Shown here: piece by piece, positions 38,904-48,236 of the stretch
Layout of the letters: each line of letters starts with the position of its first letter
Numbering within the stretch: position 1 is the stretch's first letter
From: Candidatus Heimdallarchaeota archaeon
Lineage (GTDB): Archaea > Asgardarchaeota > Heimdallarchaeia > JABLTI01
DNA: 64,000 nt
NCBI GenBank assembly: GCA_018238155.1
Contig: JABCTZ010000017.1
Coordinates: forward strand, 64,001-128,000
Direction of reading: 5' to 3'
The notes under the pieces: generated by a model
Told to the model about the DNA's origin: nothing
The model's database searches: none
Seen by the model: the letters and a program-made list of their open reading frames with translations, nothing else
Made by a program: the position numbers and the translations under genes

Positions 38904-40145
38904 ATGTCAAGCAATTTCTGTGTTTATTGCGGTCAACATTTAGAAGGAAATGATAAATTCTGTTATAAATGTGGCGCAACTGTTCAAGATCAGAAGGTTG
39001 TACCTTCTATTAAAAATCCCGATAATAGACTACATAGTAATAGTTTAACAACTCCAATAATAGATGAAAATAAACGGTCCTCTAGCAAAAATTTGAAACT
39101 ATTAATTCTAATTCCAATAATACTATTTTCAATTGCTTTACCTTTTATAATCCTGTCATCATTAGGGGCGGTTAGATCTCCGCTTGGAACGTTGGACTAT
39201 GAAATAAATTCAATGGACTATTTGGACGTAGAATTAGTAATAGACAATAGTGTTGGCTTAATCGAGATAACTTTTGATGATTCAATGGATGCCCTCTTTG
39301 AAGCAACAATAGAGGTTCGAGGTGGAATTAAAGCTTCTCTGGAGGATGCAAAAAACTTCCAGCATAACGTGATAAACAACAAAACAATAATCACTTTTAA
39401 TTCCGAAGATGAATTCTTAACAATTTGGAATTTTAAAACTCTTACTCATAATCTTTACATTTCATTACATCCAGATACAGTAACTGATTTTAGTGTTTGC
39501 TCTTCTGTAGGCAGTGTTAGTTTAGATTTAGATAGTGTTGATAATCTTGTAATGAAAGATGTGGATTTATCCTCATCCACAGGTTCTGTGAATTTCTGCT
39601 CTGGAAATACAATTAATACTACTATGGAAGATATTATTTTGTCAACTAATAATGGTCGAATCTTATTCAACTTTGATGATGCATTTGGAACGACTGTGAA
39701 CGAAATTGTTTTCGAAGATTCCACTGGTAATATAATTGCACTATTAGGAGAGGCATTGAACATTGAATCTACTGATATAGTCATGTTGACTTCTACAGGT
39801 TCAATAGAATTAACTTTTGAGGATATCCTCTTTAATGAGGATACGAATTGGCTTATTGAAACTTCCACTGGATATATATCAATAGAATTCATTCAAAACA
39901 TCAACCTTCCGGCAAATTTCACAGCAGTATTTAATGTAGAAACATCTACAGGAAGTATTACTATAGATGGAGATGTTGCAAGTGATGTAGGTATAGAAGC
40001 TGCTGCCACAACTAATACAGGTAGTATCAGTTTTCCAAGTGAATCCAGTCAGTACACTTCTGAGAATTTTTACTTGAAAAACAATCGCTTCTCTTTTACG
40101 TTAGTGACCTCTACTGGCAGTATTACAGCAAATTTTGAAAACTAA
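38904..40145 (+). CDS. Zinc-ribbon + TM + DUF4097-like beta-solenoid (putative adhesin) protein
   Basis: FCVYCG...FCYKCG; single TM; repeated (T/S)STGSI motifs. Confidence 0.7.
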   Translation: MSSNFCVYCGQHLEGNDKFCYKCGATVQDQKVVPSIKNPDNRLHSNSLTTPIIDENKRSSSKNLKLLILIPIILFSIALPFIILSSLGAVRSPLGTLDYEINSMDYLDVELVIDNSVGLIEITFDDSMDALFEATIEVRGGIKASLEDAKNFQHNVINNKTIITFNSEDEFLTIWNFKTLTHNLYISLHPDTVTDFSVCSSVGSVSLDLDSVDNLVMKDVDLSSSTGSVNFCSGNTINTTMEDIILSTNNGRILFNFDDAFGTTVNEIVFEDSTGNIIALLGEALNIESTDIVMLTSTGSIELTFEDILFNEDTNWLIETSTGYISIEFIQNINLPANFTAVFNVETSTGSITIDGDVASDVGIEAAATTNTGSISFPSESSQYTSENFYLKNNRFSFTLVTSTGSITANFEN

Positions 40146-40329
40146 CAAATGAAGTTATTTCTTACTCCTTCCATTTTTGAAGATATGAGGGAGTAACAAA
40201 ACCTCTCCCAAATGACGAATATTCCTTCCTATAGTCATCAAAACCATGTAAAAACATCTTTCATTTTCAATTTTTTAGAAATGAATATATTTGTAGACTC
40301 AAAGTAAATCACTAGTTTGAGGTTATATA

Positions 40330-41367
40330 ATGAAAAACACAAGAAGAAATAAACATGTGCTCATTTCTACGTTTGCACTATTAACAATCGTTCTCATTGT
40401 TTTATCATCAGCTAATCAAATGGTGAATGCAAAAAAAATTACTGCCATCATTCACTCAAACAATTCTGGATTAGCAATGATTGATACAGATTTCTTCGAA
40501 ATTACTGCTGTTGGAGACCACAAACTAACATTAATCGAATATTCACACTACAACAGACCAATTTATCCTAATTATACTCAAGTAAATTTTGCTGTAGTAT
40601 TAGATGGGGAAGAGCATGCTATATCTAAGATAGAGCTTCACTATTCTCAAAATAAAATCAATTGGACAACAATTCTTTTCACTGAAACAAAAAACCTCTC
40701 AGCAAATTCAACTTTATTTGACGTATCAATTGGTCCATTCATTGAGTCTGGTATGTATTCCGTAAAAATCAATGCTACACGAGGTTCGCTTGAGCATGCT
40801 ACTATCTTCTTTTTTATGCATGTAGAAGAAATTAATGGTCTTGTATTCCTTGATTTTGATCATCAAATAGTTGAATTAGAAAATAAGACCAAACTGGTAA
40901 ATCTTCAAGTAAGTGTTCTAGGTAATAATTTGATTAATGACTCTGTAAGAGTAATAGTAAATCAGATCGATTATAATTCAACCACAATGGAACTTATTGA
41001 CGGGTCAACAAATCGATACAATGCTACTATGGGTTCAATTATGCACTGGAACGAGTACGTTCATGTTACTTTTATTGGTAATACCGTTTTAGGAACGGAG
41101 TACAATAATACTAACTTTCTATTTCATAAAGGACCTCCTAGATTTGAAGAACCATTTCTCACTTCAGTTCTTCCAGCAATTCTTGTTAGCTTACTAGTTC
41201 TCGGTTCAATATCCACAATTTTCATCATGGCTAAACGACGTGTGCCTAAGAAATTCGATATCGAAACCTCTGATAATAAGGAATTGAAAGCACAACTAAG
41301 AAAACAAATGAAAAAAGAAAGAAGAAATAAAAAAGAAAAAGTAGAAAAGAAAGATGACTTACTCTGA
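40330..41367 (+). CDS. Hypothetical secreted protein with Ig-like domains, C-terminal TM and Lys-rich tail
   Basis: Signal peptide, many N-X-S/T sites, TM, basic tail. Confidence 0.6.
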   Translation: MKNTRRNKHVLISTFALLTIVLIVLSSANQMVNAKKITAIIHSNNSGLAMIDTDFFEITAVGDHKLTLIEYSHYNRPIYPNYTQVNFAVVLDGEEHAISKIELHYSQNKINWTTILFTETKNLSANSTLFDVSIGPFIESGMYSVKINATRGSLEHATIFFFMHVEEINGLVFLDFDHQIVELENKTKLVNLQVSVLGNNLINDSVRVIVNQIDYNSTTMELIDGSTNRYNATMGSIMHWNEYVHVTFIGNTVLGTEYNNTNFLFHKGPPRFEEPFLTSVLPAILVSLLVLGSISTIFIMAKRRVPKKFDIETSDNKELKAQLRKQMKKERRNKKEKVEKKDDLL

Positions 41368-41371
41368 ATCA

Positions 41372-42388
41372 TCATTTCATTTTTTCAAGTCGAAGATCAA
41401 TTAGAGCTTCTGCTTCTGGACCTGTTCCAACAAAAGTAACGGGGATATTTGTCTCCTTTTCGATTTCTGCAATGAATTGGAGTGCTTCTTTTGTCAATTT
41501 ATCATCAGAATTGGCTCCGGCAATTTCGGGGAAAATAATATCCAATTTGGTTAAAGCTATTTGTGTTGCTCCATTAAGTCGAATTGCTTTTCTAGCAACA
41601 TCGAAATCGATTGGTGCGGATCTTCTTGCTCTACCCGTAACAGTGCCATGTTCTACCCAACCCCGCTTCTCTATTTCTTCTTCAGAGAGTGTACCAGGCA
41701 TTGGTCCTTCACCAACTCGAGTCATAAAAGCTTTGAATACAATAATGACTTCATCTACTTTTGTTGGACCAATACCAACATCCGAACAAATTTGAGGAGC
41801 GGATACGTCTTTGCTTGTAACAAAAGGGTATGTTCCATGCCAGAGTGAGAGCATTGTTCCTTGAGTTCCTTCAAGAACGACATTCTTTCCAGCTTCAATT
41901 GCTTCATTGATCTCCTTAGAAACATCAGTTAAGTATGGTTTTAACTCAGGAACTTCTTGAGCTAACCTCAATGTTCTTCTTGCTCGATCTTCGTTTGCTG
42001 GACCACATCCTGTTCCCGTGCTACCAATTTTATCTTTGAGATGCTTATCTGTTTGGTCCTTTTCTTTGTGTTCTTTATCAATTACTCCTGTCTGAAAATC
42101 AATACCAATTCGATCTTTGCAACCTGTTTCATTTATCTCTTTGAGAAAGATCTCGGGGTCGACAAGTACACCTGCACCTACTAATAAACGAGATTTTTTA
42201 CTCGTAAAACCACTTGGTATCATTCGCAGTCCAAACTTTTTCCCTTCAAAGACAACAGTATGTCCTGCATTTGTTCCTACACCACCTCGAGCGATGATTG
42301 CCGGATGTTCAGCATATGCAATATAGCTGATGATTTTTCCTTTACCTTCATCGCCCCAAAAGCCACCTACAATAATTGTCGTTGTCAT
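41372..42388 (-). CDS. purA: Adenylosuccinate synthetase (short archaeal type)
   Basis: WGDEGKGK, NAGHT, IGSTGTGCGP, EGTQG, GTVTGR, TKLD. Confidence 0.95.
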   Translation of the reverse strand: MTTTIIVGGFWGDEGKGKIISYIAYAEHPAIIARGGVGTNAGHTVVFEGKKFGLRMIPSGFTSKKSRLLVGAGVLVDPEIFLKEINETGCKDRIGIDFQTGVIDKEHKEKDQTDKHLKDKIGSTGTGCGPANEDRARRTLRLAQEVPELKPYLTDVSKEINEAIEAGKNVVLEGTQGTMLSLWHGTYPFVTSKDVSAPQICSDVGIGPTKVDEVIIVFKAFMTRVGEGPMPGTLSEEEIEKRGWVEHGTVTGRARRSAPIDFDVARKAIRLNGATQIALTKLDIIFPEIAGANSDDKLTKEALQFIAEIEKETNIPVTFVGTGPEAEALIDLRLEKMK

Positions 42389-42617
42389 GGTTCGTTCGTG
42401 TGAAAAACTCACCATAATAATTAAAGTCCTTTTGTTAACTTAAAGGTGATAATTTTACATAGCACTGCGAAAACTTAATATGCAAAAGCTTTTGGATAAT
42501 CGTAAGCGCAATTGATGAGTCCGATACAGGTCTTTCCTCAAGAAGTTTCTCAGTCGTTTCCTCATCAATAATTGTGAACTAATTGAAATTTGTACAAGAT
42601 GCAGAGGTCAGAAGAAA

Positions 42618-44075
42618 ATGTCAGAAAAGAAAAATATTGTTCCAAAAAAGATTAGTGAAGGAATATATGAAATTCCTAAAGACGCAAAAAACTATATGAA
42701 AGTTCCTGCAAGGATTTTTGCTGATGAAAAGATAATTCGAGCAATGGAACAAAGGATGTTTTTACAAGCAACTCACATAGCTTGGTTACCTGGAATTTAT
42801 AAGAATGCTCTAGTTCTACCTGACGGACACATGGGGTACGGATTCCCTATTGGTGGAGTAGCTGCAACTGATTATGAGGAAGGAGTAATTAGTCCTGGTG
42901 GTGTAGGATACGATATCAATTGTGGAGTACGTGCTGTAAGAACAAATCTAAAAAAGAAAGACATTATGCCAAACAGTCAGAAATTGGTTGAAGCATTATT
43001 CAATAATATTCCAGCAGGACTCGGTTCTAAAGCAAAAATTCGTCTCTCAAAAACTGAATTGGATGAGCTCTTAATTGAAGGCGCAAGCTATTGCGTGAAG
43101 AAAGGCTTAGGTTGGGACGAAGACCTTGATCATTGTGAAGAAAACGGTCAAATGAAGAATGCCGATATTTCCAAGGTATCGGAAAGAGCGTTATCTCGAG
43201 GTATTCCACAAGCAGGTAGCTTGGGAAGTGGCAACCATTTTCTGGAAATTCAATATGTTGATAAAATCTATGATGAAGATTTAGCAAAGAACATGGGCAT
43301 CATAGAAAAAGAACAAGTAATTGTAATGATTCATACTGGGAGTCGTGGTTTAGGACACCAAATTTGTGGTGACTATCTGCGAAAAGTAGAACAAGCGATG
43401 CCAAAATATAACATTCAACCACCCGATAGAGAATTGTCTTCTGTACCAATACAGAGCGATGATGGACAAGATTATTTCGGCGCAATGGCTTGTGGAGCAA
43501 ATTTTGCTTGGGGAAATCGTCAAATGATTCTTCACTGGGTGCGTGAAACATTTGAGAAACAATTCAAAACTTCCGCGGAAGATCTTGATATGCATCTCAT
43601 TTATGATGTTGCACACAATATTGCAAAGAAAGAAGAACATACAATTGATAAGAAGAAACGAACCGTAATTACTCATAGAAAAGGTGCAACTCGAGCATTT
43701 CCGGCAAATCATCCAGAGGTACCACAAGCATACCGTTCAATGGGTCAGCCGGTTCTATTACCTGGTAGTATGGGTACTGCGTCTTACATTCTTGTCGGAC
43801 AACCGAAATCAATGGAAGTAAGCTTTGGCAGTACTGCACATGGTGCAGGTCGTGTTTTAAGCAGACGTGCTGCATTAAAACGATTCTGGGGTTCCACTAT
43901 TAAAGATGAATTGAAAGGCAAAGGAATTACTGTAAAAGTAGCAAATCCAAAAATGATTGCTGAAGAAGCACCTGGTGTTTACAAAGATATCGATGCTGTT
44001 GCAGCTGTAAGTGATTCTCTTGGTATTGGTAAAAGAGTCGTTCGATTGAAACCTATTGCCGTTGTAAAAGGTTAG
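42618..44075 (+). CDS. rtcB: RNA-splicing ligase RtcB
   Basis: LPDGHMGYGFPIGG, GYDINCG, GSGNHFLE, HTGSRG, HRKGAT, STAHGAGR. Confidence 0.96.
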   Translation: MSEKKNIVPKKISEGIYEIPKDAKNYMKVPARIFADEKIIRAMEQRMFLQATHIAWLPGIYKNALVLPDGHMGYGFPIGGVAATDYEEGVISPGGVGYDINCGVRAVRTNLKKKDIMPNSQKLVEALFNNIPAGLGSKAKIRLSKTELDELLIEGASYCVKKGLGWDEDLDHCEENGQMKNADISKVSERALSRGIPQAGSLGSGNHFLEIQYVDKIYDEDLAKNMGIIEKEQVIVMIHTGSRGLGHQICGDYLRKVEQAMPKYNIQPPDRELSSVPIQSDDGQDYFGAMACGANFAWGNRQMILHWVRETFEKQFKTSAEDLDMHLIYDVAHNIAKKEEHTIDKKKRTVITHRKGATRAFPANHPEVPQAYRSMGQPVLLPGSMGTASYILVGQPKSMEVSFGSTAHGAGRVLSRRAALKRFWGSTIKDELKGKGITVKVANPKMIAEEAPGVYKDIDAVAAVSDSLGIGKRVVRLKPIAVVKG

Positions 44076-44079
44076 TCTC

Positions 44080-44110
44080 GAGGAGTTTTCTCCTCACATT
44101 TTTTTCTTTA
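44080..44110 (+). terminator. Hairpin plus T-tract after rtcB
   Basis: GAGGAG-tttt-CTCCTC-acaTTTTTTT. Confidence 0.5.
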
Positions 44111-44286
44111 TCCTGTTTATCGAATCTTATGGTTTTATGAAAAAAGTGAGCTAGAAAAAACGGTTCTTGATTCTAGTATTGGAGTGACTATACAGCAAAT
44201 TTCTTTCATTACATCTTAAATAAGAAATAATTGAATCTATTGTTTTCGAATATAATGGTTTATTATCTTGGAATACAAAACATTCT

Positions 44287-45036
44287 TTGGAGATAAAATT
44301 GTCACAAGAAGAATTGAGATTTTGCAAATTTTGTGGAGAACATGTAGAATATCTTACAGATTTTAACGACTATTTTTGTAAGTTCTGTAATTCATATCAA
44401 ACTAAAAGTGTCCCAATTCAATCTAAGGGAAAGAAAACTGATAAAATAAAATCAAACTTAGATTCTTCACCTCCACCTTTACATAAACCGGTCTTGCCCC
44501 CTGAGTGGCAGGATAATATTCCAATCTTTCGACATAGTGAATATTTAGTTGTTCAAGCAATTCTTAGCTTTGGTCCAAAGTATACGATCTATAATGTAAG
44601 TGGATTAAAGATGGGTGAATGCCAAGGAAGAATACTTTCTTGGGGTGGAGAATTCGACTTTTATGATAATAATGGACAACATGTAGCTAAAGTGAAAGGG
44701 AGTCCAACTCTGTTATCAATTCAAACAAAGACATGGAAAATAACTGATTTTCGTGGAACCTTTAAAGGAGCAATAAAATCACATTATGGTTTTCTCAAAA
44801 GAAACTGGGAATTGTATGATGAACATGGAACTTTAATCGCTCGACCAAATGAGCAAGTATGGTTTAAGTATAACTGGCAAGCAGTCAGCCCTCAAGGACA
44901 AATATTGGTCTCAGTGGATAAACAATTGTTCACTATCCGAGATAAATTCAGTGTAAAAGTCAGCCCAAATATTGATCCTTTAATAGCACTTGCTTACTCA
45001 ATTGCAATTGATTATATGTATTTCAAAGGCGATTGA
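44287..45036 (+). CDS. Zinc finger + LURP-one/scramblase (Tubby C-terminal-like) domain protein
   Basis: CKFC...CKFC, Pro-rich linker, repeated beta-hairpins (F.D..G..VA.V), terminal helix DPLIALAYSIAID. Confidence 0.65.
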   Translation: MEIKLSQEELRFCKFCGEHVEYLTDFNDYFCKFCNSYQTKSVPIQSKGKKTDKIKSNLDSSPPPLHKPVLPPEWQDNIPIFRHSEYLVVQAILSFGPKYTIYNVSGLKMGECQGRILSWGGEFDFYDNNGQHVAKVKGSPTLLSIQTKTWKITDFRGTFKGAIKSHYGFLKRNWELYDEHGTLIARPNEQVWFKYNWQAVSPQGQILVSVDKQLFTIRDKFSVKVSPNIDPLIALAYSIAIDYMYFKGD

Positions 45037-45144
45037 ATTATTCTTCTCCTCTCGCCTCACTCTTTTTTATTATTGAACATTCAAATATTTTTAATCAATC
45101 AATAGCTTTTTAATGAAGATTTTTTAGCTTTATGCTGAATCCAA

Positions 45145-46464
45145 ATGATACGCAAAGATCGCTTTAAATTGCTCATTCCTATTAGCCTTTTTCACACAAT
45201 GGCGCACATTTATCCATATTTGTTACCTGTTCTCTGTTTAGTTATACGTGAAGATATTGTAATGGATTACACTCAAGTTGCTCTTCTTTCAATGATAGGA
45301 ATGTTAGTAACTATTCCTTTAACCATTGCTTTCGGTTTTGTTGGTGATCGAATTAGTAAATGGCGATTAGAACTTGTCATTGCAGGTTTTCTGTTAATTT
45401 TTGCACATTCTTTCATAATTTTTGCCGCTCAAACATATGCTGTTTTAATCATTGCTGCAGTTGTTGCTGGTATCGGCGCATCTGTATTTCATCCAATAGT
45501 TTTACCAATGCTTTCTCAAGAATTTGGTGCTGAACGCAATGTAGCTTTAAGTATCAATCTGATCTTTGGAGCTTTAGGTTCAATTATTACTCCAATTGTT
45601 TCAATCTCTCTTAGTGATTGGTTGGGTTGGAGAACTACAGCGCTAATCTTTGGCATTGCCGGACTAATCTTCTTGCCAATTTTATCCATCAGTATTTTAT
45701 TAGGAAAGAAATACATAGAATATAATCCGGAAGAAGCACTGGTGAAAAATGAAATAGTGGTTAAAATAGATACTTCCAACAATAAAAATGTCCGAACAAT
45801 AAAGAAACTCACATTCATCACAGGTCCATTTATAGCTCTGGTATTAGCCCAAATAATACGAGCCGGCACATTTAGAATTTTGAATACATTCACAGCTTTT
45901 ATCTTTGAAGACCATTTTGGTGCTTCAAAATTAACGAGTGCACTAATTATGTCAATCATTCTTGGATGCGGAGGTATTGCCGCACTAATAAGTGGTTTCG
46001 TGTCAATTAGAAAAGGTAGTTTACGAGTGTTTCTTTTTGCTAAATCAACAACTGTAATTGCTTCTCTATTCGTAATTGGATTTGTTATCTATATAGCTCT
46101 TGCGAAGGTTGTAGTAGGAGTCGCACTTCTTGTCTTAGCAATATTTCTTTTCATATTCTTAGTTATGTCATTCTATTTTGGAAGTCCATCATCAAATGCA
46201 CTCTTTGCAGAAATGGTCCCTCAGAGAGTTTTAGGATCGACTTTTGGTGTTGTGAACGCTTTAATGACTGGATTCTCAGCATTAACACCACTGATTTTTG
46301 GTACAATAGTTGACAAAAACTATAATTTCCCATACGAGTATTTCTTACTCTTTCTCTTCTCTGTTATTCCCCTTGGATTACTCATTTATGTTAAATCGAA
46401 AATTGGATTCAAAACACCAGAAGAAGTAGAAGAAGCTCGAAAGAAAGGTGTGCACTTTCATTAG
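45145..46464 (+). CDS. MFS transporter
   Basis: 12 TM segments; GFVGDRISK motif A; GIGASVFHP. Confidence 0.88.
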   Translation: MIRKDRFKLLIPISLFHTMAHIYPYLLPVLCLVIREDIVMDYTQVALLSMIGMLVTIPLTIAFGFVGDRISKWRLELVIAGFLLIFAHSFIIFAAQTYAVLIIAAVVAGIGASVFHPIVLPMLSQEFGAERNVALSINLIFGALGSIITPIVSISLSDWLGWRTTALIFGIAGLIFLPILSISILLGKKYIEYNPEEALVKNEIVVKIDTSNNKNVRTIKKLTFITGPFIALVLAQIIRAGTFRILNTFTAFIFEDHFGASKLTSALIMSIILGCGGIAALISGFVSIRKGSLRVFLFAKSTTVIASLFVIGFVIYIALAKVVVGVALLVLAIFLFIFLVMSFYFGSPSSNALFAEMVPQRVLGSTFGVVNALMTGFSALTPLIFGTIVDKNYNFPYEYFLLFLFSVIPLGLLIYVKSKIGFKTPEEVEEARKKGVHFH

Positions 46465-46471
46465 GATCGCT

Positions 46472-47383
46472 TCACAAAAATTCAAAGAGTACTAAACTAC
46501 CAGCCATAATTAGCATACCTAGTACTACTCCACCCATTACTAAATGTCCACTGCCATATTCATGAGCAACAGGAATTAATTCGTCAATTGAAATGTAAAC
46601 CATTATTCCTGCAACTGATGCCAAGCTAATCGCTAAAACAGCTGGAGTTAGAAATGGTCGAAGAATTAAGTAAGCAATTGCTGCTCCAATAGGTTCAGCC
46701 ATTCCCGAAGCAAGAGATAAACCAAAACTTTTCCATTTACTTTTAGTAGCAAAATAAATAGGGATAGAAACACTGATTCCTTCTGGAATATTATGAATGG
46801 CAATCGCAACTGCAATAGTAATGCCAAGAGAAACATCATCAAGAGCAGTGGCAAAAGTAGCTATTCCTTCTGGGAAATTATGAATAGCAATAGCTACTGC
46901 TGTTAGAACACCTGTTCTTGTTAATGATTTTGCCTTTGCTTTTTCAGTTGTTTCTTCATTTATAACTCTTAGATCAACTTTTTCTTCTTCATCGGATTTC
47001 TTGTCTTCCTCACAATCTCTGCATTCCCCTTGAATTTTACTTATTGAATCGCAATCTTTAGTCATATGATGAAGATTCTTTTCATGGGGAATAAGAAAGT
47101 CTATTAGAGCAACAATACCCATGCCAACAAAGAAAGCAAGATAGACCCAGTAGCTTTCAAGAGATTGAAGAGCTTTTACCATTAGCTCCATAAAAGAAAC
47201 AATTATCATTACTCCAGCTGAAAGTCCAAGGAAGAAAGCTAAATATTCTTTTTTAAATTTCTTGAAGAAAAAAGGGATAGCACTACCAATGCCTGTTGCC
47301 AATCCTGCTCCTGCTGTTAATAAAAATGCTGCTAATACTGGATCCAATGAAATCCCATCCAATAGTTCTGATAGACGTATCAT
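46472..47383 (-). CDS. zupT: ZIP-family zinc transporter ZupT
   Basis: HNFPEG, HNIPEG, SGMAEPIGA, AGIMVYISIDEL. Confidence 0.92.
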   Translation of the reverse strand: MIRLSELLDGISLDPVLAAFLLTAGAGLATGIGSAIPFFFKKFKKEYLAFFLGLSAGVMIIVSFMELMVKALQSLESYWVYLAFFVGMGIVALIDFLIPHEKNLHHMTKDCDSISKIQGECRDCEEDKKSDEEEKVDLRVINEETTEKAKAKSLTRTGVLTAVAIAIHNFPEGIATFATALDDVSLGITIAVAIAIHNIPEGISVSIPIYFATKSKWKSFGLSLASGMAEPIGAAIAYLILRPFLTPAVLAISLASVAGIMVYISIDELIPVAHEYGSGHLVMGGVVLGMLIMAGSLVLFEFL

Positions 47384-47525
47384 TATTACTGCTTTATTGT
47401 TTATAATCTTATTTTTTTATTAAATATAGATAGGTAAAAAAAAGACTATTGATTATTTGCCGAAAAGACTGATAAAAGTCCTTTTTAGGAATAGCTTTTT
47501 TAAACAATTATTGAATAGTAAACAT

Positions 47526-48005
47526 ATGGAAACTCAAAATAAAATGGTAAATTATGTAGCTCTTATAGCTGTTGCGATATTTAGTTTAGTAGCAATGATA
47601 TTAGTACTTTCTACTGATTTTGGTTGGCAAGATTATGGTGAATATCATTCCACCTACTGGTTTTGGCTTGGAAATTCAAATGTTGCTGCTTGGCCTCAGT
47701 TCTTTCTGGTAGTAATAGCACTAGCCTTTCTAATTTCATTATGTTATTCAGTTCTATTATTCTTAATTAATCTTGAAAAAATATCCTTAAACATCTCAAT
47801 AAAATGGCATGCCATTATCGGACTATTTATTGCCAGTGTTGCTTTCATATCTACTCTATTTACAGTAGGAATGTGGGGGATTGCTTCAATTGATTATTAT
47901 TGGGGTGTAGCAACAAGCTTCTATACTTCATTATTTGGATCAATAATTATAGGAACATTCTATCTTGTTTATCTAGTAAACGCAAGAAAAACATTGGTTG
48001 AGTGA
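47526..48005 (+). CDS. Hypothetical 4-TM membrane protein
   Basis: Four hydrophobic helices; ATG at 47526. Confidence 0.65.
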   Translation: METQNKMVNYVALIAVAIFSLVAMILVLSTDFGWQDYGEYHSTYWFWLGNSNVAAWPQFFLVVIALAFLISLCYSVLLFLINLEKISLNISIKWHAIIGLFIASVAFISTLFTVGMWGIASIDYYWGVATSFYTSLFGSIIIGTFYLVYLVNARKTLVE

Positions 48006-48236
48006 CTGACCTACTAACTGAAAAATTATCAAAATACCATTACAAATTATTTATCAATTCTATTACTTTGGAGAAAGGTAAAATAACCGATTCAAACTTA
48101 CATATTTACCTTATTTAAGAATTGATTCTAAGTAGTTGCTAGATACCCATCTTTTTTCTTTCTTTTGTCAAGTTGAGAATCTTTATTAAGAAAAAAAGAT
48201 TACCCTATACAATAATAGTACACTGGAGGGTATAAG

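Noticed and set aside
42511-42540. TGATGAGTCC...GGTC resembling a hammerhead ribozyme core
   Set aside because: It lacks the C of CUGAUGA and the GAAA after stem II, and stem II does not close properly.
47526-48005. Claudin/PMP22-like look of the 4-TM protein (STDFGW after TM1)
   Set aside because: It lacks the GLW and paired Cys signature, so it cannot be supported without a structure search.
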